NCBI GenBank assembly: GCA_051313645.2
Contig: JBNRSN020000019.1
Location: 54,560,001-54,624,000, forward strand
Source of the DNA: Centroscyllium fabricii
Taxonomy: Eukaryota
DNA: 64,000 nucleotides
Direction: 5' to 3'
Of this stretch, positions 12,574 through 25,240 are shown in pieces. The first letter of the stretch is position 1, and each line of letters begins with the position of its first letter. A model generated the notes under the pieces. It saw only the letters and a list, made by a program, of their open reading frames with translations, searched no databases and had not been told where the DNA came from. A program made the position numbers and the translations under genes.

Positions 12574-14484
12574 TTACTTCTGGGTGGCGGTGGTGCCCTT
12601 ATTCTGACAGCAGGGGGCGCATTCTCTCCTTCGTCCTCTGACTCTAGGGGGCGCGCGTTGTGGATCCAAGCTTGGGGCCAGGTCGTGCTGCTCGCAGGTG
12701 CCTTGTGGACATACTGGGCCCACGTGTCGGGGAGCGTACTTTGGCGGCATGTGGAGCATCACAGGACGTTTTGGGTGCGCGGGCTGCTGGGCGGGGCTTC
12801 TTGGAAGCGCGGGCTGCCTGGCGGGGCTGGGTTTGGGGACTCCTGCTGGGGCTAGATCCTTTATGGACACTGTGTCCTCCCTCCCGTCGGGGTACGCTAT
12901 GTATGCGTACTGGGGATTGGCGTGCAGGAGGTGGACCCTTTCGACTAGGGGATCTGCCTTGTGTCCCCTCACATGCTTCCGAAGCAGGACCGGTCCCGGA
13001 GATAGTAGACACGATGGTAGCGAGGTCCCGGAAGCTGACTTCCTAGGGAAGGCAAAAAGTCTTTCGTGAGGGGTGGCAGTGCACAGGAGGGACCGGATAG
13101 AGTGGAGTGCTTCAGGGAGGACGTCCTGCCATCGGGTGATTGGGAGGCCTTTAGACCGTAGGGCTAACTGGATGGCTTTCCAGACCGTGGCGTTCTCCCT
13201 CTCTACCTGCCCGTTCCCCCGGGGGTTGTAGCTGGTAGTCCTGCTAGTCGCGATGCCTTTCGCTAGCAGAAACTGACGCAGCTCGTCACTCATAAAAGAG
13301 GCCCCCCGGTCACTATGGATATAGTTGGGGTACCCGAACAGGGAGAAGATGCTATTAAGGGCTTTGATGACGGTGGCGGAGGTCATGTCCTGGCAGGGAA
13401 TGGCGAAAGGGAAGCGGGAGTACTCATCTATAACGTTAAGGAAATACACATTCCTATTAGATGAGGGAAGGGGCCCTTTAAAATCGACACTGAGTCGTTC
13501 AAAGGGGCGAGTGGCCTTGATCAAGTGCGCCCGGTCTGGCCGGTAGAAGTGCGGTTTGCACTCCGCGCAGACCCGGCAGTTGCTGGTCAGAGTCTTGACC
13601 TCCTCGATGGAGTAGGGGAGGTTGTGGTACTTCACAAAGTGAACCAACCTAGTGACCCCCGGGTGGCAGAGGTCATTGTGAAGGGTTTGGAGACGGTCAG
13701 CCTGTGCGCTGGCACAGGTACCGCGGGATAGGGCGTCTGGGGGTTCGTTAAATATCCCGGGCCGGTACAAGATATCGTAATTGAACGCAGATAGTTCAAT
13801 TCTCCACCTTAATATCTTGTCGTTCTTTATTTTACCCCGTTCCTTGTTGTTGAACATGAATGCGACTGATCGTTGGTCAGTCAGTAGGGTAAAACGTTTG
13901 CCGGCCAGGTAGTGCTTCCAATGCCGCACTGCTTCAACAATGGCCTGGGCCTCCTTTTCGACTGAGGAGTGGCGGGTTTCGGGGCCTTGGAGGGTACGTG
14001 AAAAGAAGGCCATGGGTCTGCCCGCCTGGTTAAGGGTGGCGGCCAGGGCAAAGTCAGATGCATCACTCTCTACCTGAAATGGCATGGACTCATCCACAGC
14101 GTGCATCGTGGCTTTGGCAATATCGTTTTTAATTCTGCAGAACGCCGAGTTGGCTTCTGCAGAAAGGGGAAAAGAGGTCGATTTAAGTAGTGGGCGAGCT
14201 TTGTCCGCATAATTAGGGACCCACTGGGCATAATAGGCGAAAAATCCCAAACACCGTTTAAGGGCTTTGGGGGAGTGGGGGAGGGGGAGCTCCATGAGGG
14301 GGCGCATGCGGTCCGGGTCTGGACCGATGACTCCATTCTCCACCACGCTGCCGAGGATGGCCAGACGGGCGGTGCTAAATACACATTTCTCCTTATTGTA
14401 TGTTAAGTTCAGGGTTTTGGCCGTGTGGAGAAATTTTTGGAGGTTGGCGTCATGGTCCTGCTGATCATGGCCGCAGATGGTCAC
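12574..14484 (-). pseudogene. G1 pol 3' part: RT C-terminus, RNase H, integrase
   Basis: VESDASD, EKEAQAIV, LLTDQ (RNase H); HNDLCH..CRVC zinc finger; SVDF, HSDRG, VERENA (DDE). Cut off from the upstream RT by the CR1 insertion. Confidence 0.92.
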
Positions 14485-14489
14485 ATTAT

Positions 14490-15816
14490 GGCTTCGTCAA
14501 AGGAAAGTCGTGCCTGACCAATCTGTTGGAATTCTTTGAGGAGGTAACAAAGAGGGTGGATGAAGGGAGTACTGTGGACGTAGTATATATGGACTTTAGC
14601 AAAGCTTTTGATAAAGTCCCACATAGGAGACTAATAACAAAGGTTAGAGCGCACGGGATACAGGGCAACTTGGCACAGTGGATCGAAAATTGGCTGGGGG
14701 ATAGGAGACAAAGGGTAATGGTAGAGGGCTGCTTCTGTGACTGGAAACCAGTAACCAGTGGCGTCCCCCAAGGATCGGTTTTGGGACCCTTACTGTTTCT
14801 AGTATACATCAACGATCTTCTTCTTGTCGTATCTTCTTTCGAAGTGGTGGATGGATATGGGAGTAGGGGGTATGATCAGCAAATTCGCTGATGATACGAA
14901 AATCGGAAGGGTGGTAAACAATGATGAGGATAGTAAGGGGCTTCAGGAGGATATAGATATAATGGTTAATTGGGCAGAAAAATGGCAAATGGAGTTCAAC
15001 CCAGAGAAATGCGAGGTCATTCAATTCGGTAGACCAAATGGGGTAAGGTAATATACCATGAACAACAAAACGTTAAATAGGACCGAGGAACAGAGGGACC
15101 TGGGGGTACAGGTGCACAGCTCCCTGAAGGTTGCTGGACACGTTAACAAGGTGGTTAAGAAGGCATACGGAATTCTCGCCTTTATTAACCAGGGCATAGT
15201 ATACAAAAGTAGGGAGGTAATGTTAAACTTGTATAACACACTGGTGAGACCTCAGCTGGAGTACTGTGTGCAGTTCTGGTCACCGCACTTCAGGAAGGAT
15301 GTGGTTGCCCTGGAAAGGGTGCAGAGAAGGTTTACCAGGATGATACCTGGTCTGGGGGACTTATGCTACGAAGAAAGGCTGGACAGGCTGGGGTTGTTTG
15401 CCTTGGAGAAGAGAAGGTGGAGGGGTGACATGATTGAGGTGTACAAGATCATGAGGGGACACGATAGGGTAGACAAAGGGGCATTGTTTCCCCTGGTGGG
15501 AGAGTCAAGTACTAGGGGACATAGATTCAAGATCAGGGGGGGGAGGTTTAGGGGGGAGGTAAGGAGAAATTTCTTTACCCAGAGGGTGGCGGAAGTCTGG
15601 AACTCCCTGCCTGTGAGGGTGGTGGAGGCAGGAACCATCACAACATTTAAAAAATACTTGGACCAGCACATGAAGGACCATAACATACAGGGTTATGGGC
15701 CAGGTGCGGGCAATTGGGGTTAGTACAGTGAGGAGTTTTTCTGGGCCGGTGCGGACTGGATGGGCCGAATGGCCCTTATCCGCACTGTAAAATTTCTATG
15801 ATTCTATGATTCTATG
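14490..15816 (+). mobile_element. CR1 LINE, 5'-truncated, inserted into the G1 RT active-site codons
   Basis: CR1 RT motifs; (ATTCTATG)n tail; ATTAT duplicated at 14485-14489 and 15817-15821. Confidence 0.95.
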
Positions 15817-17734
15817 ATTATCAAGATACGGGAAAGTGGCTCGCAGCCCGTACCGATCAACCATTCGGTCCATCTCCCTTTGGAAGACCGAGACCCCATT
15901 CGTGACGCCAAACGGAACCCTAAGGAAGTGGTAGAGGCGACCGTCAGCCTCGAAGGCTGTATAAGGACGGTCCTCTGGGCGGATGGGAAGCTGGTGATAA
16001 GCCGATTTAAGATCGATCGTGGAGTACACTTTAAATTGGGCGATTTGGTTCACCATGTCCGCTATCCGGGGGAGGGGGTAGGCATCTAGTTGAGTGAACC
16101 GGTTTATGGTCTGGCTGTAGTCCACAACCATCCGGTTCTTCTCTCCGGTTTTTACTACCACTACCTGCACTCTCCAGGGGCTATTACTGGCTTCTATTAC
16201 CCCTTCTTTTAGGAGGCGCTGCACCTCAGATTTTATAAATGCCATTTCCCCAGCACTGTAGCGCCTACTTTTGGTGGCGACAGGCTTGCAGTCTGGGGTG
16301 AGGTTGGCAAAGAGGGATGGAGGGGCAACCTTAAGGGTCGAGAGGCCACAGGTAGTGTGCTGGGGGTACCGCATTGAGCCGCGGTTTCTGACCGTGAGTG
16401 AGGGGAGGGATCCGCCGAATACCATCGTAACGCTCTGGAGGTGGCACTGGAAATCCAGTCCCAGGAGTAGGGGGGCGCAGAGCTGCGGCAGCACGTAAAA
16501 ACTAAAATCGTTAAACATTGCGCCCTGGACATTAAGTGTTACAATGCAGCGCCCGGTGACGTCAGCAAATTCCGACTTGGCGCCATAGATATTCTCTGGC
16601 GCGCAGGGATTACTCTAAGGGAGAGGCGCTTTACAGTACTTTGGTGTATAAAACTTACTGTGCTCCCGCTGTCGAACAGGCACACCACCTCTTTACCGTT
16701 GATTTCCACCGGCATCATAGATTTCTCCAGCGGTTGAGTCTTCCTCTGGTCTATAATCATTGATGCTAACACCGGGTCCTCCGAGTTGTCTTGATCCGGA
16801 GAGTAGTCCTCCGAGTTCGCTCCCCAAGATGGCTGCCACCATGTGGTGTACTGTGGAGGCTGAGTCCAAGATGGCCGCTGTTGCTGCTGCTGCTGCCACG
16901 AAGGATACTGAGTGGGGGATGGGTGAGCCCAATATGGCTGCTCCCCTGTTCCACACGCGGCGCTGCCCAGTTTAGATTTTATGCTAGTGTTTTTACAACC
17001 TTCGCATAATGTCCTTTCTTGTCGCATTTCGAGCAGGTCGCTTCTCTAGCAGGGCAGCTGCGTCTTGAGTGCTGAGATTGTCCACAGAAGTAGCATTTGG
17101 CTGCCGTTTTCGCATGGGCAGCTGTGATTAGTTCTTCTGCCGGTCGTTGCGCCGGCACTGTCCAAGATTGCGGGGCTGGGCCTGCATAGTTATTTGAGTA
17201 TGAGGATAAGTCCGTTGAGGCGCTATCCAGCGCGTGCCCCAAGTCTGTAGTCGCCTGTAAGTCCTGGCCGTTCTGCTCCAGCAGTCTCTGCCTGGCATAG
17301 TCCGATTTTAAGCCTGTGACGTAGGCGTCTCTGATGAGGCTGTCTACATGGACTTGGGCCATTAGCGCTCTGCAGTCACAGTCCCGCGCCAGTATTCTAA
17401 GGGCTCTTAGGAACTGCACACTTGACTCACCAGTTTGTTGCTTTCTGGTGGCGAGTCTATGCCTAGCGTGGACCACATTTGGTGCCCGATTTTACTCCGT
17501 CTCGAGAATCCTGATGGCCTCTTGGAACGATGGGGCGTCCACTGTCATCGAGTACACCTGAGGGCCCACCCGGGCGTGGAGGAGTCGCCGTTTTTGCTCC
17601 TCGGTCACGATGGCCGCTGCATTGGCTCTGATGTACCCTTCGAGTACATTGCGCCTGTGTGAGAAGGCGTTCGATGCTCCTGATGATCGGGGATCCACTT
17701 CGAACACTGCTGGCTTGAGCATCGTGGTATCCAT
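15817..17734 (-). pseudogene. G1 gag-protease-RT N-terminus, frameshifted
   Basis: ORFs 17492-17734, 16979-17476, 16539-17027 and 15796-16518 are colinear with the continuous 638-aa ORF of element G2. Confidence 0.9.
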
Positions 17735-18043
17735 TTTTAACAGTAGTGAATAAAATTGTAACCTTCAATAACGTCCTTGGAGTCGAGTAGTAAGTTGGAA
17801 CAATCAGGCTTTTATTCACTACACCTGGAACATGCACCAGCAAGTTGACTGTCCCCGGGAATGGCATGGGGGATGGGGGCAGTCACTTATATACCTCCTC
17901 CTGCGGGGGAGGAGTCGTGGGCGGAGCCAACCTGGGCATGTCCCAGGTATCATCTCACAGTATAGTATAATACAGTACAGGTATAGGTTACATCGTGATA
18001 CATGGTAGTTAACTATATACAAGTGATATACACGTTTATCACA

Positions 18044-18400
18044 AATACATTTAAAACAGAGATAGACAGTTTCCTGGAAGTAAAGGGAATTAGGGGTTAT
18101 GGTGAGCGGGCAGGTAAGTTGATGTGAGGCTAGGTTCAGATCGTCCATGTGATCTCCTGGACCAGTTTTCGATCGCCTAGATGGGTCGGAGAAGAATTCC
18201 CCAGATTTTTTCTCCCAAATTGGCAACTGGGTTTTTTATCTGGTTTTTCGCCTTCCCGGGTGATCACATGGGTTCAGGCGGGATGGAGAGTAAAAGTAAA
18301 ATTGAGGTTAGGATCTGATCAGCCATGATCTTATTGAGTGGCAGAGTGGGCTCGAGGGGCTGATTGGCCTACTCCTGCTCCTATTTCTTATGTTCTTATG
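18044..18400 (+). mobile_element. 3' end of the CR1 split by G1, with a long 3' UTR and (TTCTTATG)n tail
   Basis: Continues directly from 11986; a second copy of this 3' end lies at about 62333-62707. Confidence 0.85.
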
Positions 18401-21400
18401 ATAGAATTTTATATTGAGTTTGAAAGTGACTTAGTTAAATCCAAAACTAGGGTCTTAAAGCTAAACAAAGCAATCTACGTAAATATGAGGGGCGAGTTGG
18501 CCAAGGTAGATTGGGAAACTACATTAAAAGGTATGATGGTGGATGAGCAATGGCTAGCATTGAAAGAATTGATATATAATTTATTATAAATATACATTCC
18601 TTTAAGGCACAAAAGCCCCACAGGAAAAGTGGTCCAACCGTGGCTAACAAGAGAAGTTAAATACAATATTAAATCAACGGAAGAGGCTTATAATGTTGCC
18701 AAAAAGAATAGTAAGTCTGATGATTGGGAGGATTTTAGAATTCAGCAAAGGAGGACCAAGAAATTCATAAAGAAATGGAAAATAGAATATGCGAGTAAAC
18801 TAGTGTGAGACATAAAATAGACTGTAAAAGCTTCTATAGGTATGAAAAAAGGAAAAGATTAGCGATAGTAAATGTGCGTCCTTTACAGGCTGAGACAGGA
18901 GAAATTATAATGGGTAATAAAGAAATGGCAGAGAAATTAAACAAATACTTTGTGTCTGTCTTCACAGAAGAAGACTCAACAAACCTCCCTGAAATAGTGG
19001 ACAACCAAGGGTCTAGCGAGAATGAGGAACTGAAAGACATTAGTATTAGTAAAAAAAGGAATACTGGAGAAATTAATGGGACTGAAAGCCGATAAATCTC
19101 CTGGACCTGATGGCCTACATACTAGGGTTTTGAAAGTGTTGGCTATAATGATAGTGGATGCATTGCCTGTCATTTTCCAAATTTCCATAGATTCTAGAAC
19201 TGTTCCCAGGGATTGGAAGGTAGCAAATGTAGCCCCACTATTTAAGAAAAGAGGGAGAGAGAAATCAGGGAACTACAGACCAGTTAGCCTGATATCAGTA
19301 GTAGGGATAATGCTAGAATCTATTATTAAGGATGTGGTAACAAGGCACTTAGAAAATAATGGGCCAGAAATTGCAGTCTGCCCATATCGCGTTTGAGCGC
19401 TGGTGCGAGTACACCAGAGCTTAAACACGCAGGAAGCAGCTGTTTGCGCTGCTTCAGTCTTTCCTGTGGTGGCCAGCAGGGGGGGCAGAGTTCCTGGGAT
19501 GGCTCTCGCAGGAACCATCGAACTACGGGGTGCGTTCAGTCATTCCTGTTCTTTTTTAAGTTTTTCTACGGACCAAGAGCAGAAGATTGTACGCTGGAAA
19601 AAAGGAGTCGTAAGTACCTGTTTTTATCTGGTAAGTGTGTATTTTATTGATTTTAAGTGTTGTTTTTTCAGGTTTTTAATTGTTGTTAACTTTAAAGACA
19701 GGTAAGTATTTTTTTAGGCCTGTTAGAAGATGAAACATTTTTCTGCAAATTTTTATTTTTTCTTTAAAATAGGTTATTTATGTTAGTTGGGGTAATCTTA
19801 AAAAAATGTGGTGTTTTTAAAATTTTATTTTTGAGTTCACATGTGTTTTGGGTAATCTCTCCTTTCAAAACTTACACAGATTTCTCAGTGGAAGTTTTGA
19901 ACGGAGGATTGCTTCCACTGATTGGCTCCCTGCCAATCACGTGGTCTCAAAAGCCATCTCGCACTAATTACGCCGTTCAGTTGCCCATGAAGCTCGCACA
20001 GAGCTCTGACAAGCTGAGCTAATCGGAATGACTGAGTGCAAAAAAGCAAACTGGCAGATGTGCAGGGTAACTGCAAGTAGCAGGCACTGCACCCGCACGA
20101 AGGCTCCACTGCAATTTCTGGCCATTAATAGGATTGGGCAGAGTTAACATGGATTTATGAAAGAGAAATTGTGTTTGATGAATCTGTTAGAGATTTTTGA
20201 GGCTGTAACTAGCAGAATAGATGAGGGGCAACCAGTGGATGTAGTGTATTTGGATTTTCAGAAGGCATTCGATAACGTGTTATTAAGAGGTTATTAAACA
20301 AAATTAGGGCTCGTGGGATTGGAGATAATATACTAGCATGAATTGAGGATTGGTTAACGGAAAGAAAACAGAGAGTCGTACTAAACGGGTCATTTTTGGG
20401 TTGGCAGGCTGTAACGAGTGGGGTACCACAAGGATCAGTGCTTGGGCCTCACCTATTTATAATCTACATCAATGATTTGGATGAGGGGACCAAATGTAAT
20501 ATATCTAAGTTTGTTGATGATACAAAGCTGGGTGGGAATGTAAGTTGTGAGGAGGATGCAAAGAGGCTTCAAGGGGATATAGACAGGCTAGGTGAGTGGG
20601 CAAGAACATGGTAAATGGAATATAATGTGGAGAAATATGAAGTTCGCCACTTTAGTAGGAAAAATAGAAAAGCAGTGTATTTTTTAAATGGTGAGAGATT
20701 GGAAAATGTTGGTGTTCAGATGGGCCTGGCTGTCCTTGTACTTGAATCACTGAAAGTTAACATGCAGGTACAGCAAGCAATTAGGAAAGCAAATGGTATG
20801 TTTGCCTTTATTACAAGAGGATTTGAGTATAAGAGTAAAGACGTCTTACTGCAATTATATAGGGCCCTGGTGAGACCACACTTGGAGTATGATGTACAGT
20901 TTTAGTCTCCTTACCTAAGGAAGCACATCCTTGCCATAGAGGGAGTGCAATGAAGGTTCACCAGACTGGTTCCTGGGATGGGGGTATTGTCCTATGAGGA
21001 CAGATTGAGTAGACTCGGCCTATATTCTCTAGAGTTAAGAAGAACGACAGTGATCTCATTGAAACATATAAAACTCTTACAGGGCTTGACTGGATAGATG
21101 CAGGGAGGATGTTTCCCCTGGCTCGGGAGTCTAGAACCAGGGGTCACAATCTCAGAATAAGGGGTCGGCCATTTAGGACTGATATGAGGAGAAATATCTT
21201 AATTCAGAAGGTGGTGAATCTTTGGAATTTTCTACCCCAGAGGGCTGTGGAGACTCAAGTCGTTGAGTATATTCAAGACAGAGATCGTTAGATTTTTGAT
21301 TATTAAGGGAATCAAGGGATATGGGAATAGTGCAGGTAAGTGGAGATGAGGTAGAAGATTAGCCATGATCTTATTGAAGGGCAGAGCAGACTCTAAGGGC

Positions 21401-21437
21401 CAAATGGTCTACTCCTGCTCCTATTTCTTATGTTCTT
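18401..21437 (+). mobile_element. CR1 LINE ORF2 remnant, interrupted by a MITE
   Basis: [38 protein letters not shown]; many stops; GGTCTACTCCTGCTCCTATTTCTTATGTTCTT tail. Confidence 0.9.
19361..20123 (+). mobile_element. Harbinger-type MITE (copy 1)
   Basis: TIRs GGGCCAGAAATTGCAG / CTGCAATTTCTGGCC; AAT and ATT flanks; splits the CR1 ORF2; inverted homolog at 42817-43587. Confidence 0.88.
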
Positions 21438-21559
21438 TGGCCCATATCCCTTAATACCTTTGGTTAACAAAAATCTATCAATCTCAGATTTAAAATTAAC
21501 AATTGATCTCGCATCAATTGCCATTTGCAGAAGAGAGTTCCAAATTTCTACCACCCTTT

Positions 21560-22357
21560 GGGGGTGATTTTCATGTCCCCGTGAGGTGGGGTTTTGGGTG
21601 GCCCGGCCGGCAAAATAGCGGAAATGGCAGTTCCCGCCCCCCCCCCCCCCTGCTGGATCCCCGCCGCTTTCTCATTTTCGCCCGCCCAGATTCCTCACCC
21701 CGAAACCTCATTAAGGGCCCTTAATTGGCATCATTAATGCCATTTTAAGGGCCCTCAGCCATTTTGACCTGTTTTCCACCCTAATCCCGCCACCTTAAAC
21801 CACCAGCGGGAGCACAGCGCTGGTTATTACTTTTGGACTATTACCTGGTGTTGTGTGACTTCTTGAATTTATTGCTTTCTCCTTTAAGGTGTGAAGGACA
21901 TGCTGCCAAATGCTTGGCATGCCTCCAGCACCTTAGAGGAGTAGTAAGTACCTCCGTTCTGGCTTCAGCATCAGCTGTGAACAGAAACTGAGCAATCTCA
22001 GTTCTCACCATTGCCTCACAGCCGCTGCGAGCTGTGAGGGATTCTGAGCCCGCCCGCGCACCTGTCAGTCACCAGCACTTGGCCTTTCCCATTGGCTCCA
22101 CTCCACTGTGATGTCACAGTGGACTGTTTCCATGGGAACTGACAACAACTAGTGCTGGAACTGTCAATCAAAGTGCTCGCAGCTCCGCTGCAGCCCGACT
22201 CGATTGACCTAATTACCTCCCGCTCCCGCCGACGGGGATTCAACAACCTAATTAAACTAAAATTGCATGGGGTTCCCAGCTGTTTGGGCGTACGGGACCG
22301 GAAGCCGCCCGGAGCAATCCCCGTCAGGTTCCCGCCCTTCAGAAAAAATCCCCCCCA
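21560..22357. mobile_element. Harbinger-type non-autonomous element
   Basis: Termini GGGGGTGATTTT / AAAATCCCCC; subterminal sequence resembles 22676-22920. No clean TSD. Confidence 0.6.
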
Positions 22358-22361
22358 AAGT

Positions 22362-23238
22362 GGGGGAAAGAAAGAGTGGATTAAGAGAAAGAGAAAGAAG
22401 AGACAGAATGAAAAACTTTTTTAAAAATTAAAAAGAACAAGCTGAAGAAGAAGATATTGTAACCCAGTTATGTTTGGTAATTACTGTATTGATCCTTGAG
22501 AAGTTCATGAGTGAATGGCAGGATAGGTGTGCAAAACATACAAACATTCTTGACCCATGAAGTATAGAACCAGCGGTACCATCCATCATTATTAGGAACA
22601 GTGGAACACCTCGAGGGTACGTCACCGTACTTCTTTCATAGCAATATAGGAATTGCTAGAGGATAAAAGACCAAAGGGTAAATTTTCATTGCGCCGTGAG
22701 GCGGGCTTTTTGGCGTGGTGGGCCGCAACATTGCTAAACCTGGGGGGTCCCGGCCCCCCACCCCACCCCGCCAGATCCCCGCCAGTTTGCGATTTCCCGC
22801 CGCCCTGTCTCCCCGCCCCGAATCTTTCCCGCTGGCAGCCGGCGGAGATGGTCGTTAGGCTCATTAAGTACCCTTAATTGGCATCTGTAATGCCATTTTA
22901 AGGGCCCTTAGCGATTTTTAGACGTTCTCCACACAAATGCCACCAGCTGCAAACCCCGCCGCTGAAACCTAGTTGGAACACAATCGGATTGCTGACTCGC
23001 AGCAGCTCCATCATAAGGTCTGACATTGAACCTGCTATCATATGCAGGTGGCAGGACCTTATTTTTTCTGGCTTGGGGCAACATTTAGAAGTCCTCATCA
23101 CACTTGTGGGAGTTTGGAGCCTCACACACATCTCCAGTTTGAACTCCTGGGAAACCCCTCTCAGCACCTTCACTCAGCGCTTCCGCTGCGGAGGCATGTG
23201 CCAGACACGTGGAAACCATTTAGGTTATGCCTATCTAG
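22362..23238 (-). repeat. Inverted duplicate of about 38632-39597
   Basis: Reverse-complement match spanning non-TE spacer, a CR1 tail and a Harbinger end; this copy lacks the solo LTR present in the other. Confidence 0.88.
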
Positions 23239-23274
23239 ATTGTGTAACTGAAAAAAAATTGGTTAAAAACAGTA

Positions 23275-23927
23275 CAGGTTGTGCACCGTTAATCCGTTAC
23301 CCGATAAGCTGGCAGCTTCAGTCTTCCGGAACAATTTGCCCCGACTGCTATGCGCATGCGCAAAATGGCCGCCGCGATTGATGCTTCAGTGAATGATCTG
23401 TGCATGCGCCGCCGAATGGCGAGCTCATGCGCAGATCATTCAGGATGGCTGCCGCAAAGTTTTTAATGATTTGCGCATGCGCTGCCGAATGATCCCGGGC
23501 AGGGCCTTCCCGAGCCGAGCCCTACCGAGCCAGGCCGTGGCTTCCCGAGCCGTGCCTCGCCTTACCGAGCCAGGCCAGGGCTTCCCGAACCGGGCCTCTC
23601 CTTCTCAAGCCGAGCCGGGGCTTCCCAAGCCGGGTCTCGCCTCGCCTTACCGAGCCTTCCCGAGCCGGGCCTCGCCTCGCCTTCCCGAGCTGGGCCGGGG
23701 CTTCCCGAGCCGGGCCTCGCCTTAGCGAGCCTTTCCGAGCCTCCCCGAGCCGGGCCTTACCGAACGATAAGCGCATGCGCAGACCACTCAAAATGGCCAC
23801 CGGCCTTTCGTGGTGGCCATTTTGAATGGTCTGCGCATTAACTCGCCGAAGCTTCAATCGTTCGGGATTTTCACTTTCCCGGCACGGGCCTGGTCCCGCC
23901 CATGCCGGATTACCGGTGCTCAACCTG
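23275..23927. mobile_element. Tc1/mariner (pogo/Tigger-type) MITE with internal GC-rich minisatellite
   Basis: 22-bp TIRs CAGGTTG(T/A)GCACCG(T/G)TAATCCG; TA TSD at 23273-23274 / 23928-23929; related copy at 58403-59006. Confidence 0.9.
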
Positions 23928-25240
23928 TATAACAAACCCAGAGCAAAGATTGCCACTGAGCATAAATTCTTCTGTCTGTTTCTCTTTTTGTTTTTCTTTA
24001 ATATATGCATCAATTTCTTCTTGCAGTAGAATTTTATTTAAAATATATTATTAAAAATCTTGCTTAGGACTCACACTTCCTGTTGTTTTGAATTTTGGTC
24101 ACGCTTTTTTGTCAACATTTACCATTGTAAATTGTTCTGTCATTCAATTTTGCTACGCCAACTGTCATGATACATTTGCTAGCTCTGAGCACTTGGTGAC
24201 TCTGTGAAGAGAGTTTCTAATTCCATCGCTGTCTTGTATATATTAAAAAAGACATATACTCAACAATTGTCCATGGGCAACACCATAGAATTTTCCATTA
24301 TAAATGTGTGTACAGGAATTTATAATAGGAAAAGTTGACAAAGACCTCGCAGGTGTAAGATTTCTAATATTATATATCAAATCAGATATTGCATAAAAAG
24401 GACAGAATTGATTACTTTTAAATGGGGACTGAATTACTTCTTTGCATCCAGGGCTATTATCCCCCACCCTTTAACCTTACTTCAGCTGAAGTATAGCTTG
24501 TCTTAACTCCCCATGTGCAGCGATATAGAAGACTGACTAGTATATATGGAAATCGAGCATTATGAACTTATACAGACCAGTACAGTTTGATTACTGTACG
24601 TGGAGAAACTGAGCTAGGAGTTTTAATAGTCATTACTTCTGTAGCTCCAATGAGTTTTTATTTTATTGAAATTTTTGTTAACAATTGCCAGGAGTACTAT
24701 GGGATGCCAGTACAAGGTTCTGTCGATACTACATTTTGTTTCTCAGGAAAAAATACCAATATTTGTTATATAATCATTGTTTCACTTTGTATATCCCCAG
24801 CACATTTTTGTATAAGAAAACTGTTCTCCATACATATCAAGAATGTATACTTACTAAGAGCTGAATTTGAAGAAATGTACACTTTTATATTCTTTGAAAT
24901 ATTTTTATGCAAATTCATTTTATATTTTACAAAAAGCATTGGGGAGATTTATCACTATTGGTACAGCAGTAACACACTCAGAAATATCTGGCTGCATCTC
25001 ATGGCACAGGCATGTAGGGAGGGGAACTTCCTGGTATTTTCCAAAGTACCCTTATTTAAATAACTATTCAGCACTCCAGCATGGACTTGCCAAGCTCTAG
25101 ATGTGTGGAGGCTGGAATGGATGGGTTATTCATTGCAGCAGCACAAAAGTGCAGCTACTGTGCATTAAAGGGGCACTAGCACTTTCTGTGCTTTGAAAAT
25201 CATATTTGGCCTTTTTTTGAAAGGTGACAGAGGTGAGTAT

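Larger units (their letters stand above)
11987..18043 (-). mobile_element. Ty3/Gypsy LTR retrotransposon (element G1), full length, interrupted by a CR1
   Basis: 287-bp LTRs at 11987-12273 and 17757-18043 (4 mismatches by eye); TSD AATAC; PPT AAAGAAGGGGTGAA before the 3' LTR; order gag (2 CCHC)-PR (FDSGS)-RT-RNase H-IN. Confidence 0.97.

Noticed and set aside
24587-25063. 158-aa hydrophobic ORF (likewise 62748-63302, 55357-55557 and 36088-36273)
   Set aside because: Non-ATG or weak starts, composition explained by AT-rich or simple-repeat DNA, and no recognisable homology.
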